Below are positions 17,934-26,258 of a DNA stretch of 37,141 nt, piece after piece. The position numbers were made by a program, and so were the translations under genes. Under the pieces are notes generated by a model, which was not told where the DNA came from, searched no databases, and saw only the letters and a program-made list of their open reading frames with translations. Every line of letters starts with the position of its first letter. Positions within the stretch are counted from its first letter, which is position 1. Source of the stretch: a virus. Its lineage: Duplodnaviria > Caudoviricetes. The DNA lies in the IMG/VR virus record IMGVR_UViG_3300020045_011693, positions 1-37,141 of that record. One strand, given 5' to 3'.

Positions 17934-18098
17934 TGGAGGTGTGTTTTTCCTTTGGTGCGCATGTGATAACTGGGGTTCTTGCGCATGTGATAATACGCCA
18001 AAAACCCTAGTTATGACATGCAAATGGGGCTATGAAACCGGTCATTCCACAAGATTATCGATGGCATTTTCATCATGGAAACGCAAGGCGTTTTTTAA

Positions 18099-18109
18099 TT
18101 ATCAGTCGG
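18099..18109. repeat. Isolated half-site TTATCAGTCGG
   Basis: Read directly; no matching left arm. Confidence 0.75.
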
Positions 18110-18112
18110 CAG

Positions 18113-18154
18113 AAGAGACCCGTTGCAACCGTGCAACGGGTCTCTTTCGTTTTT
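18113..18154 (+). terminator. Intrinsic terminator upstream of recombinase B
   Basis: AAGAGACCCGTTGCA-accg-TGCAACGGGTCTCTT followed by a T-rich tract. Confidence 0.7.
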
Positions 18155-18178
18155 GCGATAAAAATTATTATCAGTCGG
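18151..18178. repeat. Variant site with 6-bp spacer (TTTTGCGATAA aaatta TTATCAGTCGG)
   Basis: Read directly; about 40 bp upstream of the recombinase B start. Confidence 0.8.
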
Positions 18179-18216
18179 CAGAGCATGTACATGTCATAAC
18201 AGGAAAGGGGGGTTCT

Positions 18217-19155
18217 ATGGCAAAAAGTAAAGCGAAGGTGGCCATCTCGATGCAGTTGTCGCGGGCGATTGAGGGTTATTTTTTGGAAAAGGAACGAGTG
18301 TACAGCAAAGATACAATACGGGCGTATCGGGGGACATTGAAGCGATTCTGCGACTTTGTCAATGACATCGAGATTGATGAACTTTCGGCGGACCACATCC
18401 GGCGCTACCTACGGCACTTGGAGGATGGGGGCATGATCAAAAGCAGCGTGGCGCGGGCGTGGTCTGTGCTATCAAGCTTCTTCACGTGGGCATCGACAGA
18501 GTTGGGGATTCAACAGGTTGTACAAAAGGTGGCGCGTCCCATCTTCAACGACAAGATTGTCGAGGCGTACACCGAGTTGGAGATGAAGGCGATGTTGGAG
18601 TCATGTGGGCATACGAGCTCGAGCAAAAATATGCAGAGTCGTAATCGGGCCAGTGCGCTGCGTGATGGGTTGATTATCCGCATTTTGTTTGACACGGGTC
18701 TACGGGCAAGTGAATTGTGTGCGCTTGAGGTGCGGGACTACAACCAGGCGCAGAGGATTCTCAAGGTGAGGCATGGCAAGGGTGGGAAAGAGCGGATTGT
18801 TGTGGTTGGGCTGAAAACTCAGCAGTGCCTTTGGAAATACCTGGCGGCGCGTGGCGATGTTGCGGGGACTGAGCCGCTAATTATCACCAGGAACAACACG
18901 CCGATCTCGCGTGTGTCTCTGCTTGACCTGGTTGTAAACATTGCCAGACGTGCCGGGGTGAAGAATGCCAACGTGCATAAGTTTCGCCACAGCTTTGCGA
19001 TTAACTTTTTGCGCAATGGTGGAAACCCACTGGAGTTGAAGGAACTTCTTGGGCATGAAAAACTAGAAACGGTGATGATCTATGTGAAGTACGCCCAGGT
19101 TGATTTGGTGAATGCGCACAAGCGGGCAAGCCCCGTGGATAGATGGAACCTGTAG
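18217..19155 (+). CDS. Tyrosine recombinase B / integrase (XerC/D-like, 312 aa)
   Basis: ATG 18217 after AAGGGGGG; catalytic motifs TGLRASE, HGKGGKER, HKFRH, LGHEKLETVMIY; no N-terminal arm-binding domain visible. Confidence 0.93.
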   Translation: MAKSKAKVAISMQLSRAIEGYFLEKERVYSKDTIRAYRGTLKRFCDFVNDIEIDELSADHIRRYLRHLEDGGMIKSSVARAWSVLSSFFTWASTELGIQQVVQKVARPIFNDKIVEAYTELEMKAMLESCGHTSSSKNMQSRNRASALRDGLIIRILFDTGLRASELCALEVRDYNQAQRILKVRHGKGGKERIVVVGLKTQQCLWKYLAARGDVAGTEPLIITRNNTPISRVSLLDLVVNIARRAGVKNANVHKFRHSFAINFLRNGGNPLELKELLGHEKLETVMIYVKYAQVDLVNAHKRASPVDRWNL

Positions 19156-19191
19156 CTCTCACCAACTTTTCATGAAACTTACGAAGGATTG

Positions 19192-19228
19192 AGCGTCACA
19201 ATAGCGATTGGCTATTGTGACGCTTTTT
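19192..19228 (+). terminator. Intrinsic terminator after recombinase B
   Basis: AGCGTCACAATAGC-gattg-GCTATTGTGACGCT followed by a T run. Confidence 0.8.
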
Positions 19229-19329
19229 CATTGGTTGGTCTTCATGCTCTCTTCGATTTCACAAGCCTCCATACGAAGACTCGCACAGATGTGCTATACT
19301 GTGGACTATAAAACTTTCACGCGTGGATA

Positions 19330-19992
19330 GTGATGATGACGCAATTAAATGTACTTGTGATAGCGCCAGAACACGCAGACCTTTCCCATGTGAGTGCAGA
19401 AGTGGCAGCGTATAAGCGCAATCACCAGGTGGTTGCGCTTGAAGGCGTTGTGCGCGAGATGGACATCGCCAACGCGGTGGAGGAAGGTCCGTATGACGTG
19501 GTTGTTTTTGCATCGCATGGTCATGCGAATGGCATTGAGTTGAGCGATTCACTTTTGAGTATGGAGGCGGCGCAGCAATACGTGAAGCGAAGCGGAGCAA
19601 CGTTGATCGTGCTGAATACCTGCGACAGCGAATCGGTGGGTTATCAATTGCTGGGTGAGCGCTGTGATGTGATCTTCACTGTTAGTAATGTCGAGGATGC
19701 AGATGCTGTGCGGTTTTCTGTGCTGTTGGCCGGGGCGTTGACGCGCTGTGATGAGTACAAGGATGCGTTTGAGCAGAGCGTTGGGAGGGGTAGCAAATAC
19801 CGGTTTTTGTCGGCGAAGTCGGCGGTGCGCTCGGCGATGCGACGCGATGATGAAGAATTGCGCGAGATGGTTTACACGATGCGCACGGAGGTGGCTGTGC
19901 TACGCACCCTGCTGATTATGATGTTGATTGGCATGGTGGTTGTGGTTGGCATTGAGTTAGCGTTGTGGGTGCGGCTTAGTTCGCTGGTGTGA
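19330..19992 (+). CDS. CHAT/caspase-fold domain protein with C-terminal transmembrane helix
   Basis: YDVVVFASHG and LIVLNTCDS match the CHAT His/Cys dyad motifs; hydrophobic C-terminal helix. Confidence 0.7.
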   Translation: MMMTQLNVLVIAPEHADLSHVSAEVAAYKRNHQVVALEGVVREMDIANAVEEGPYDVVVFASHGHANGIELSDSLLSMEAAQQYVKRSGATLIVLNTCDSESVGYQLLGERCDVIFTVSNVEDADAVRFSVLLAGALTRCDEYKDAFEQSVGRGSKYRFLSAKSAVRSAMRRDDEELREMVYTMRTEVAVLRTLLIMMLIGMVVVVGIELALWVRLSSLV

Positions 19993-20080
19993 CTGCGTAT
20001 AGCCATACAGATATGGACATACCTCTATAGCGGCTTCGCCGCGTTGTGCTGATAGGTGAAAGTACCGAAAGTTCCGCTTT

Positions 20081-20659
20081 ATGAGTGATGAAACTTTATT
20101 CCCAGCCAGTGGGAACACGCCAGGCCAAACGCAGAGCCGTCGCAATTACGAGGAAATTGTTGATCGGCTCTCGTCGTTTGCATGGTATCAAGAGTATCAG
20201 GAGTTGATCGCGCAAGGTTGGGATTATCGAAAGGCGATCTATATCGCCTGGGAGGCGTCACCAGGTGTAGGTCGAGAGCCAGCGACACAATATGAATTAG
20301 CAACGCAAGTGCTTGGCCTGACTGACGATCGGACTATCCGCAAGTGGAAGTCCAAGCAACCAGAGATCGAGACGGCAATTGTGGAGTTGGCCGCTGCGCC
20401 GTTGCTGCGTCATCGACGAGACATCTACATGGCATTGATCGACAGTGCAACCAACCCGGCGCCTGCTAACCATAGCGATCGCAAATTGGCGCTGGAGATG
20501 CTGGGCGATTATGTGCCCAAGAGCAAGCAACAACTGACTGGCAAAGATGAGGGGCCGATTGAATATCGTGATGCGAGTGAGTTGAGCGATGACGAATTGG
20601 CGCTTATCGCAGCAGGACGCAGCCCAGGAGCTGCTCCGTCGTCGAAACGCAAGAAATAG
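20081..20659 (+). CDS. terS: Terminase small subunit (putative)
   Basis: HTH-like segment (TQYELATQVLGLTDDRTIRKW), DRKLALEMLG and LTGKDEGPI motifs; overlaps terL. Confidence 0.75.
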   Translation: MSDETLFPASGNTPGQTQSRRNYEEIVDRLSSFAWYQEYQELIAQGWDYRKAIYIAWEASPGVGREPATQYELATQVLGLTDDRTIRKWKSKQPEIETAIVELAAAPLLRHRRDIYMALIDSATNPAPANHSDRKLALEMLGDYVPKSKQQLTGKDEGPIEYRDASELSDDELALIAAGRSPGAAPSSKRKK

Positions 20660-22112
20660 CGTCTTGACTTTCACCGAGTACACCTATCCACAGTACAAGG
20701 CTGACCCGGTGCACCAGTTGTTGGCCAACACGTTGGATCGGGTGGTTGCGGGTGAATTGACGCGGCTGATCATCGTCGCACCTCCGCAGCACGGCAAGAG
20801 CGAGTTAACCAGCGTGCGGCTGCCAGCCTACTGGTTGGGCAAGCGACCGAATGACCCCGTCATCCTTTGTAGTTATGGCGCCGAGCTGGCAGAGGGGAAA
20901 AGTCGGCAGGCGCGTGATATTGTGCAAAGTGGTGAGTATCGAGCGCTCTTTGGCTCGCTACGAGCAGGTGAGATTGAGTCGGTAGAGGTGCGACCGGACA
21001 GCCGGGCGGTGCAGCGCTGGCAGTTGATGACACCGCACCGCGGCGGGTTGATTGCTGTGGGTGTGGGTGGGCCGGTGACTGGCCATGGTGCTCGGTTGGG
21101 GATTATCGACGATCCGCACGAGAACTGGGAGGAAGCGCAAAGCCAAACGATGCGTGAGCGGGTGTGGAGCTGGTATCGTGGCACCTTCCGCACACGCATC
21201 TGGGAGGGTGGGGCGATTGTGCTGATGATGACGCGTTGGCACGAAGATGATTTGGTGGGCAAGCTGTTGAAAGAACAACCAGGGCAGTGGACCCTGCTAC
21301 GCTTGCCAGCCATCGCCGAAAGCCAACAGGAGCGCGATGAGAACAATCGTCACATGGGGCTGCCGTTGGGTGAGGATGACCCGTTAGGGCGTGTAGAGGG
21401 TGAAGCATTAGCACCCAACCGCTATAGTGCAAATGAATTGAACAGTATCCGGCGTGATGTGGGGTCGATGATCTTCCAGGCTGAATACCAGGGGTCGCCG
21501 CGTGCGCCCGAAGGCAACATGATCAACCGGGCATGGTTGCCGATTAAAGAGATCGGAATGCCCAACGCTCTGGTGAGGATCCGCTACTGGGACAAGGCAG
21601 CCTCGCTCAAGAAGGGCAGTAAGTATAGCGCTGGGGTAAGGGTATCGATTACCGAGCAAGGATGGGTCACCATTGAACATGTGGTGCATGGACAATGGAG
21701 CACGCTTGATCGACGCACGATTATGAAACAGACAGCGCAGCTCGATGCCGAGTTGTTTGGGAATAGCGTGCTGGTCTACATCGAACAGGAGCCGGGGTCC
21801 AGTGGTCTGGACAGCGTAAGCGACGAGATCCGCTTGCTGGCTGGCCACCCGGTCTTTGCGGACCACCCCAGCGGCGACAAGAATACGCGTATGATGCCCT
21901 TCGTGGCCCAGGCTGAGGGCGGCAATGTGCGGCTGTTGCCAGGGCAGTGGAATGGCGAGTATGTAGACGAGATGGCTGTGTTACCCGGTGGAACCTATCG
22001 AGACCAGGCTGATGCGACCAGCGGGGCGTACAATCGAGGGATCGATGTGATCAACGCTCAGCCACAGGGCATCATGGTGTATGAGGATTATGTAGAGATT
22101 TCGCCGGTGTGA
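20589..22112 (+). CDS. terL: Terminase large subunit
   Basis: Walker A APPQHGKS, Walker B GIIDDP, coupling motif MMTRWHEDD, nuclease motifs RYWDKA and DQADA. Confidence 0.95.
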   Translation: MTNWRLSQQDAAQELLRRRNARNSVLTFTEYTYPQYKADPVHQLLANTLDRVVAGELTRLIIVAPPQHGKSELTSVRLPAYWLGKRPNDPVILCSYGAELAEGKSRQARDIVQSGEYRALFGSLRAGEIESVEVRPDSRAVQRWQLMTPHRGGLIAVGVGGPVTGHGARLGIIDDPHENWEEAQSQTMRERVWSWYRGTFRTRIWEGGAIVLMMTRWHEDDLVGKLLKEQPGQWTLLRLPAIAESQQERDENNRHMGLPLGEDDPLGRVEGEALAPNRYSANELNSIRRDVGSMIFQAEYQGSPRAPEGNMINRAWLPIKEIGMPNALVRIRYWDKAASLKKGSKYSAGVRVSITEQGWVTIEHVVHGQWSTLDRRTIMKQTAQLDAELFGNSVLVYIEQEPGSSGLDSVSDEIRLLAGHPVFADHPSGDKNTRMMPFVAQAEGGNVRLLPGQWNGEYVDEMAVLPGGTYRDQADATSGAYNRGIDVINAQPQGIMVYEDYVEISPV

Positions 22113-22351
22113 CGTGTGACGTGGTGCGTATTACTTGGAAAGGTGCGACGATGCTACGAGAGGTGCGATCACGGCGGGGCTGCAAGCTGTTGTTTCGCTT
22201 CGACCCGGAGCGAGATTTGATTGAGATCAAGACGCCGCTGGGTGAGATCGAAACGGTGGCGCTGGATGAGCTCCGCCCGTTGCATCTGCGCAGGGTGCAG
22301 CGGGCGGAGGGTGTGAACTTCGCTCGGATTGATGGCGTAGAGGCCGACTGA
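22109..22351 (+). CDS. Hypothetical protein
   Basis: 80 aa, overlaps the terL stop; its TGA lies in site copy 7. Confidence 0.65.
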   Translation: MTCDVVRITWKGATMLREVRSRRGCKLLFRFDPERDLIEIKTPLGEIETVALDELRPLHLRRVQRAEGVNFARIDGVEAD

Positions 22352-22372
22352 TAATAACGAGTTATCGGTCGA
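22344..22372. repeat. 29-bp site copy 7 (CCGACTGATAA taacgag TTATCGGTCGA)
   Basis: Read directly. Confidence 0.9.
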
Positions 22373-22391
22373 CAACCCAGGAGGACAACAA

Positions 22392-22682
22392 TTGAACAGG
22401 CTTATAACATTACCCACAAGTGAAAGACGGCCAAATACTCCGCCCAACATTCAATTAATACCAGAGATGCCAAGCAAAAGCATGAAACGAATTGAAGATA
22501 AAATTCGAGAAATGCCATTAATTGAACGATTGACAATTGCCGATGACATGATCTGCGCAATGTGCAAAGATGGTCGATCCCCCAAAATGAGCATTCCGGT
22601 TCAGCCAACAGACGAGGATGTGTTTATCTCTTTGGCGTTACGAGATGCCAAAGAGCTTATAGAAGTTCTGCGACGACCATAG
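22392..22682 (+). CDS. Hypothetical accessory protein (AT-richer than its flanks)
   Basis: TTG start after AGGAGG; 96 aa. Confidence 0.6.
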   Translation: MNRLITLPTSERRPNTPPNIQLIPEMPSKSMKRIEDKIREMPLIERLTIADDMICAMCKDGRSPKMSIPVQPTDEDVFISLALRDAKELIEVLRRP

Positions 22683-22702
22683 TGTTAATAGTTGCGAGGG
22701 GC

Positions 22703-22731
22703 TTGATCTGCACGAACAGACGTGCTATGAT
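22703..22731 (+). promoter_or_regulatory. Sigma70-type promoter for the tRNA gene
   Basis: TTGATC-N17-TATGAT with extended -10 TG. Confidence 0.65.
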
Positions 22732-22810
22732 TGGGTTGCGTCCGGATGACGCTCAAATGAATCGTCCCATGTGTATCTTCACGGCGAAAGCTGTACACTT
22801 GGGACGCCTT

Positions 22811-22885
22811 TGCGAGGTAGAGCACCGGTAGCTCGACTGGCTCATAACCAGTAGGTACCTGGTTCAATTCCAGGCTTCGCAACCA
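22811..22885 (+). tRNA. tRNA with CAT anticodon (Met, initiator-like), encoded CCA
   Basis: Cloverleaf: acceptor TGCGAGG/CTTCGCA, D stem GAGC/GCTC, anticodon arm ACTGG-CTCATAA-CCAGT, T arm CCTGG-TTCAATT-CCAGG, 3' ACCA. Confidence 0.93.
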
Positions 22886-22919
22886 TTATAGGCGCTGCGC
22901 CATTCGCAGCAAGAGCGCC

Positions 22920-22962
22920 AAGAGCGCCATGACCGAAAGGTTATGGCGCTCTTCTTTTTTTT
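22920..22962 (+). terminator. Intrinsic terminator between the tRNA and the convergent toxin gene
   Basis: AAGAGCGCCATGACC-gaaa-GGTTATGGCGCTCTT followed by C and T8. Confidence 0.85.
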
Positions 22963-23010
22963 CTGGACTAATGCTGGGGCAACAGGTCGGGCGCTTCCTG
23001 CGGCAAGTTG

Positions 23011-23280
23011 CTAGATGTTTTTGAGGATGCGGTCGTATTCGTCGTGGGGGCCGATCCAGAACCAGACGATGGTGTCGCCACGCAGGAGTCCCAGCGCTCG
23101 ATAGTCGAGATTGACACGGACGGAGTAGATGGGCAGGGTGGCGTTGATGCGTTTGAAGTGCAGACCGGGGTGTCGGGGGTTCTGCTTAAAGAGCCGATAC
23201 GATTCTCGTGCCTGTTGGCGAATGCGGTCGGGCAAGCTGGCGTAGGCTTTGCGGAAACGGGCATTGATGCGTGAATTCAT
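23011..23280 (-). CDS. Type II toxin, RelE/ParE superfamily
   Basis: FRKAYASLP, NPRHPGLHFKR, YSVRVNLDYRALG and WIGPHDEYD motifs; 89 aa, basic. Confidence 0.85.
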   Translation of the reverse strand: MNSRINARFRKAYASLPDRIRQQARESYRLFKQNPRHPGLHFKRINATLPIYSVRVNLDYRALGLLRGDTIVWFWIGPHDEYDRILKNI

Positions 23281-23522
23281 GCGAGGACTCGTTCGGGTTG
23301 AAGCTCATCCCACAGCACGTCGATGGGTTGGGTAAGTCCGGCATCATCTTCAGCCATCGCTTCGAGTGCCCAGGCCGCCAACATATCGCCTGACTGGGCA
23401 AAGAGTTGGTCCCAACGTTGCTCGCTGGCCAGTTCGTCGAGTATCCATTGGGCAAGGATGTCTTGTTGTGGGATGGGGAGTTGTCCAGCCTGCTGAAAGG
23501 CGGTTTGTAGTAATTTCGTCAT
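23277..23522 (-). CDS. Cognate antitoxin
   Basis: 81 aa, acidic, ATGA-coupled upstream of the toxin (MTKLLQTAF...QQDILAQWIL...WDQLF). Confidence 0.8.
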   Translation of the reverse strand: MTKLLQTAFQQAGQLPIPQQDILAQWILDELASEQRWDQLFAQSGDMLAAWALEAMAEDDAGLTQPIDVLWDELQPERVLA

Positions 23523-23584
23523 AGGTTTGTCCCATTCGGTGAGGATGTCGAACGTCGTTCACTTGAGCATCTTGTTTGTGTCAC

Positions 23585-23613
23585 ATTGTAATACATCGGA
23601 GTACAAAGGTCAA
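23585..23613 (-). promoter_or_regulatory. Promoter of the TA operon with overlapping TGTAATACA
   Basis: Minus strand TTGACC-N17-TACAAT. Confidence 0.75.
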
Positions 23614-23630
23614 TGGTTGTTCGACGGTCA

Positions 23631-23659
23631 GCGGGCGATAAGGGTTTGTTATCAGTCGG
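23631..23659. repeat. 29-bp site copy 8 (GCGGGCGATAA gggtttg TTATCAGTCGG)
   Basis: Read directly. Confidence 0.9.
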
Positions 23660-23697
23660 CAGCCCCACCCCAGCCCTCCCCGAAAAGAGGGAGGGAG
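23660..23697. repeat. REP-like hairpin CAGCCCCACCCCARCCCTCCCCGAAAAGAGGGAGGGAG, copy 1
   Basis: Near-identical copies at 28306 and 32236, each fused to a 29-bp site. Confidence 0.85.
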
Positions 23698-23720
23698 CTT
23701 TCACGGGAAGGATTGAGATC

Positions 23721-23858
23721 ATGATTGATTGGCTGAAGAATAATTCGACGGTGGCGATTGTGGTGATTGTGTGCGTGTCTGCGCTGTTGGCGCTGGCCAT
23801 GTGGCTGGGGTTGGATCTGTCGTGGCTGCCTGATCTCTTGAAGAGGGTAACAGGGTGA
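23721..23858 (+). CDS. Small single-TM protein (45 aa)
   Basis: ATG 23721 after AAGGA; hydrophobic core; GTGA-coupled to the portal gene. Confidence 0.65.
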   Translation: MIDWLKNNSTVAIVVIVCVSALLALAMWLGLDLSWLPDLLKRVTG

Positions 23859-25453
23859 CAAGACGCAAAGCTGCACCGCAACCGAATAGCCAGGATGGGG
23901 TACTGGTCGAGTCGCTGAGCGCTCAGAATATAGATCTGAGCGAGCGGCTGGCGGCGTTGGAGTTCGCTCTGGAGTCGCTAGACTGGCGGATGTTGACGAG
24001 CCAGGCTGAGCAGGAATTCAGTAGGGAAGGGCTGCGCATCATCACGGAGTTGGCGCGGGTGATGTATCTGAAGAATCCGATTATCCAGCGTGGGGTGTCG
24101 GTGCAACGGCTGTATGTGTGGGGGCAGGGTGTGTCTATCTCCTGCCGGCAGCCAGAGATCCAGGCGGTGATTGATGCTTTTAACAGCGATAGCAAGAATC
24201 AGGTAGAGCTGACGAGTCACCAAGCCAGGATGCAGAAGGAGATCGAGCAGCAGACGGACGGCAACACCTTCTTCGTGCTTTTTGTGAATGAGCTGACGGG
24301 GGCGGTGCGTGTGCGTACTATCCCGTTTGAGGAGATCGGCGATGTTGTCTGTGACCCGCAAGATGCGAAGTCGCCGCGTTATTATGTGCGGCGCTGGTCG
24401 CAGACTACGTTTGATGAGCGCACGGGGGCGACCTCGGTCGAATCACGGGCAGCCTACTATCCAGATTGGCGCTATACACCGGTCAACAAGCCAGGGACGA
24501 TCAACGGCAACCCGGTGATGTGGTCTAGCCCGGTCTACCATTTGAAGACGGGCGGCTTTTCGGGTTGGAAGTTTGGAGTGAGCGAGATCTACGCGGCGAT
24601 TGACTGGGCACGGGCGTATAAGGAGTTCTTGGAGGACTGGGCGAGCATCGTACGGGCATATCGCAAGTTCGCCTTCCAGCTGACTACACCCGGCGGGAAG
24701 AGTGGCATTGCAGCGGCCAAGGCCAAGCTGGGGACAACGGTGGGGGCGTCCAGTGGCGAGACGAATCCTTCGCCGGTGACGGGTAGCACGTTTATCGCGG
24801 GCGAGGGCGTGAATCTGACGCCTGTGCGCACGAGCGGGGCCACAGTGAGCGCAGAAGATGGGCGCAGGCTGCTGCTGATGGTGGCTGCGGCTACGGGGCT
24901 GCCGGAGACGTTTTTTGGCGATGTGAGCGTGGGTACGTTGGCAACGGCCAACAGTCTGGATCGTCCGACTGAGTTGATGATGCGTGACCGTCAATCGCTG
25001 TGGGCGGATGTGCTGCGGGCGATTTATCAGTTTGTAGTCTTGTGGCAGGTGAAAGCACCAAACGGCTTGCTGCGTGGGCTGGCGTCGGTTGAGCGGCGCG
25101 TTGATGGTGATGAGGTGATGGAGGTGGTGCGCTGGAATGAGGATGTGAATGCGCACATCGATATCGACTTTCCGCCGATTGTGGCTGGTAACACGCTGAG
25201 CCAGGTGCAGGCGATTGTAGAGGGGGCGACGCTGGGTGGACGTTCGCCGGTGGCCCTGGACCTGCCGACATTGACGCGTATGATTTTGGTGGCGCTCGGT
25301 CAGGACGATGTAGACGAGATTGTGAATCGTCTGTATCCAGATGGGAAGGTGGTCGAGCCGCCCGTTCAGTCTGGTGAGCGACCGCAGGCCGAGGCGATGA
25401 TGGTGGAGGCGGTAAGGGAGTTACGCGATGCCCTGTCTAATCTCCGAGGTTAA
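23855..25453 (+). CDS. Portal protein
   Basis: 532 aa after terL; ARVMYLKNP, DGNTF, GVSEIYA and ATGLPETFFGD portal-like motifs. Confidence 0.85.
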   Translation: MTRRKAAPQPNSQDGVLVESLSAQNIDLSERLAALEFALESLDWRMLTSQAEQEFSREGLRIITELARVMYLKNPIIQRGVSVQRLYVWGQGVSISCRQPEIQAVIDAFNSDSKNQVELTSHQARMQKEIEQQTDGNTFFVLFVNELTGAVRVRTIPFEEIGDVVCDPQDAKSPRYYVRRWSQTTFDERTGATSVESRAAYYPDWRYTPVNKPGTINGNPVMWSSPVYHLKTGGFSGWKFGVSEIYAAIDWARAYKEFLEDWASIVRAYRKFAFQLTTPGGKSGIAAAKAKLGTTVGASSGETNPSPVTGSTFIAGEGVNLTPVRTSGATVSAEDGRRLLLMVAAATGLPETFFGDVSVGTLATANSLDRPTELMMRDRQSLWADVLRAIYQFVVLWQVKAPNGLLRGLASVERRVDGDEVMEVVRWNEDVNAHIDIDFPPIVAGNTLSQVQAIVEGATLGGRSPVALDLPTLTRMILVALGQDDVDEIVNRLYPDGKVVEPPVQSGERPQAEAMMVEAVRELRDALSNLRG

Positions 25454-26258
25454 TCGAGAGGCTGTGCTGCAGGCGCTGGACCACTTTGTGGAGGCGGCCA
25501 GTGTAGCGCAGAAGTGGCGCATTTTGCGATCGCAAGAGACGCGCTTGACCGGTCAGTTGACCAAGGCGTTTTTGAGCCAGAAGCGTGGACTTCTCAAGCG
25601 GTTGCGCCCGCAGTTTGCAGAGGCGAAGCGGTTGCGTGAGGCGATGACCGACGACTGGAACCAGGCGTTTGAGGATGCGGCCAACGAATCGTTCGATCTC
25701 TTTCTTGAGCCTGTACAGGGTGCGGTGGCCGCGGCGCTGATTCAGGGTGCAAGTGATGTAATTTCGTTTGTGGGGTCGTCGATCAACTTTAATTTGCGTC
25801 ACCCGCGTGCAGAAGCGTACATGGTCGAGCATGGGGCAGGGCTGATTACGCAGATCGATGAGGTGACACGCGGCAATATCCTCACCATCCTCAATCAGGG
25901 GATTCAAGAGGGGTGGAGCTATGACCGCATTGCTAGGGCGATCAGTTCTGAGTACAGCGAGATGGCAATAGGTAGGCCCCAACAGCATATCAAGAGTCGG
26001 GCGCATCTGATTGCTGTGACTGAGCTGGGGAATGCCTACGAAAGCGGGTCGTCGATTGTGGCCAGGGATTTGCAGGATGGTGGGATGCAGTTAGAAAAGG
26101 CTTGGTTGACCGTCGGTGATGAGCTGGTGAGTGCTGGCTGCGAGGGGAATGAGGCCGAGGGCTATATCCCTCTGGCGCAAGCATTTTCGAGCGGTCATCA
26201 ACATCCGTTGCGATTTCCTGGTTGTCGGTGTACGACTCTTTATCGGAGGAAGCCATGA
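25428..26258 (+). CDS. Head morphogenesis protein (Mu gpF / SPP1 gp7 family)
   Basis: RAHLIAVTE, KAWLTVGD and PLRFPGCRC motifs. Confidence 0.88.
   Translation: MPCLISEVNREAVLQALDHFVEAASVAQKWRILRSQETRLTGQLTKAFLSQKRGLLKRLRPQFAEAKRLREAMTDDWNQAFEDAANESFDLFLEPVQGAVAAALIQGASDVISFVGSSINFNLRHPRAEAYMVEHGAGLITQIDEVTRGNILTILNQGIQEGWSYDRIARAISSEYSEMAIGRPQQHIKSRAHLIAVTELGNAYESGSSIVARDLQDGGMQLEKAWLTVGDELVSAGCEGNEAEGYIPLAQAFSSGHQHPLRFPGCRCTTLYRRKP

Noticed and set aside
18025-18050. GGGGCTATGAAACCGG as a tRNA-Met-derived attP core
   Set aside because: The reverse complement gives only a loose anticodon-loop resemblance, with no T arm or acceptor stem.
17845-18216. N-terminal 124-aa extension of recombinase B in the ORF track
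   Set aside because: It runs through repeats and a terminator; the RBS and domain start point to ATG 18217.
22740-22806. c-di-GMP-I riboswitch or hammerhead ribozyme upstream of the tRNA
   Set aside because: Only a GAAA tetraloop and GGGACG match; the GCAAA elements and the CUGAUGA core are absent.
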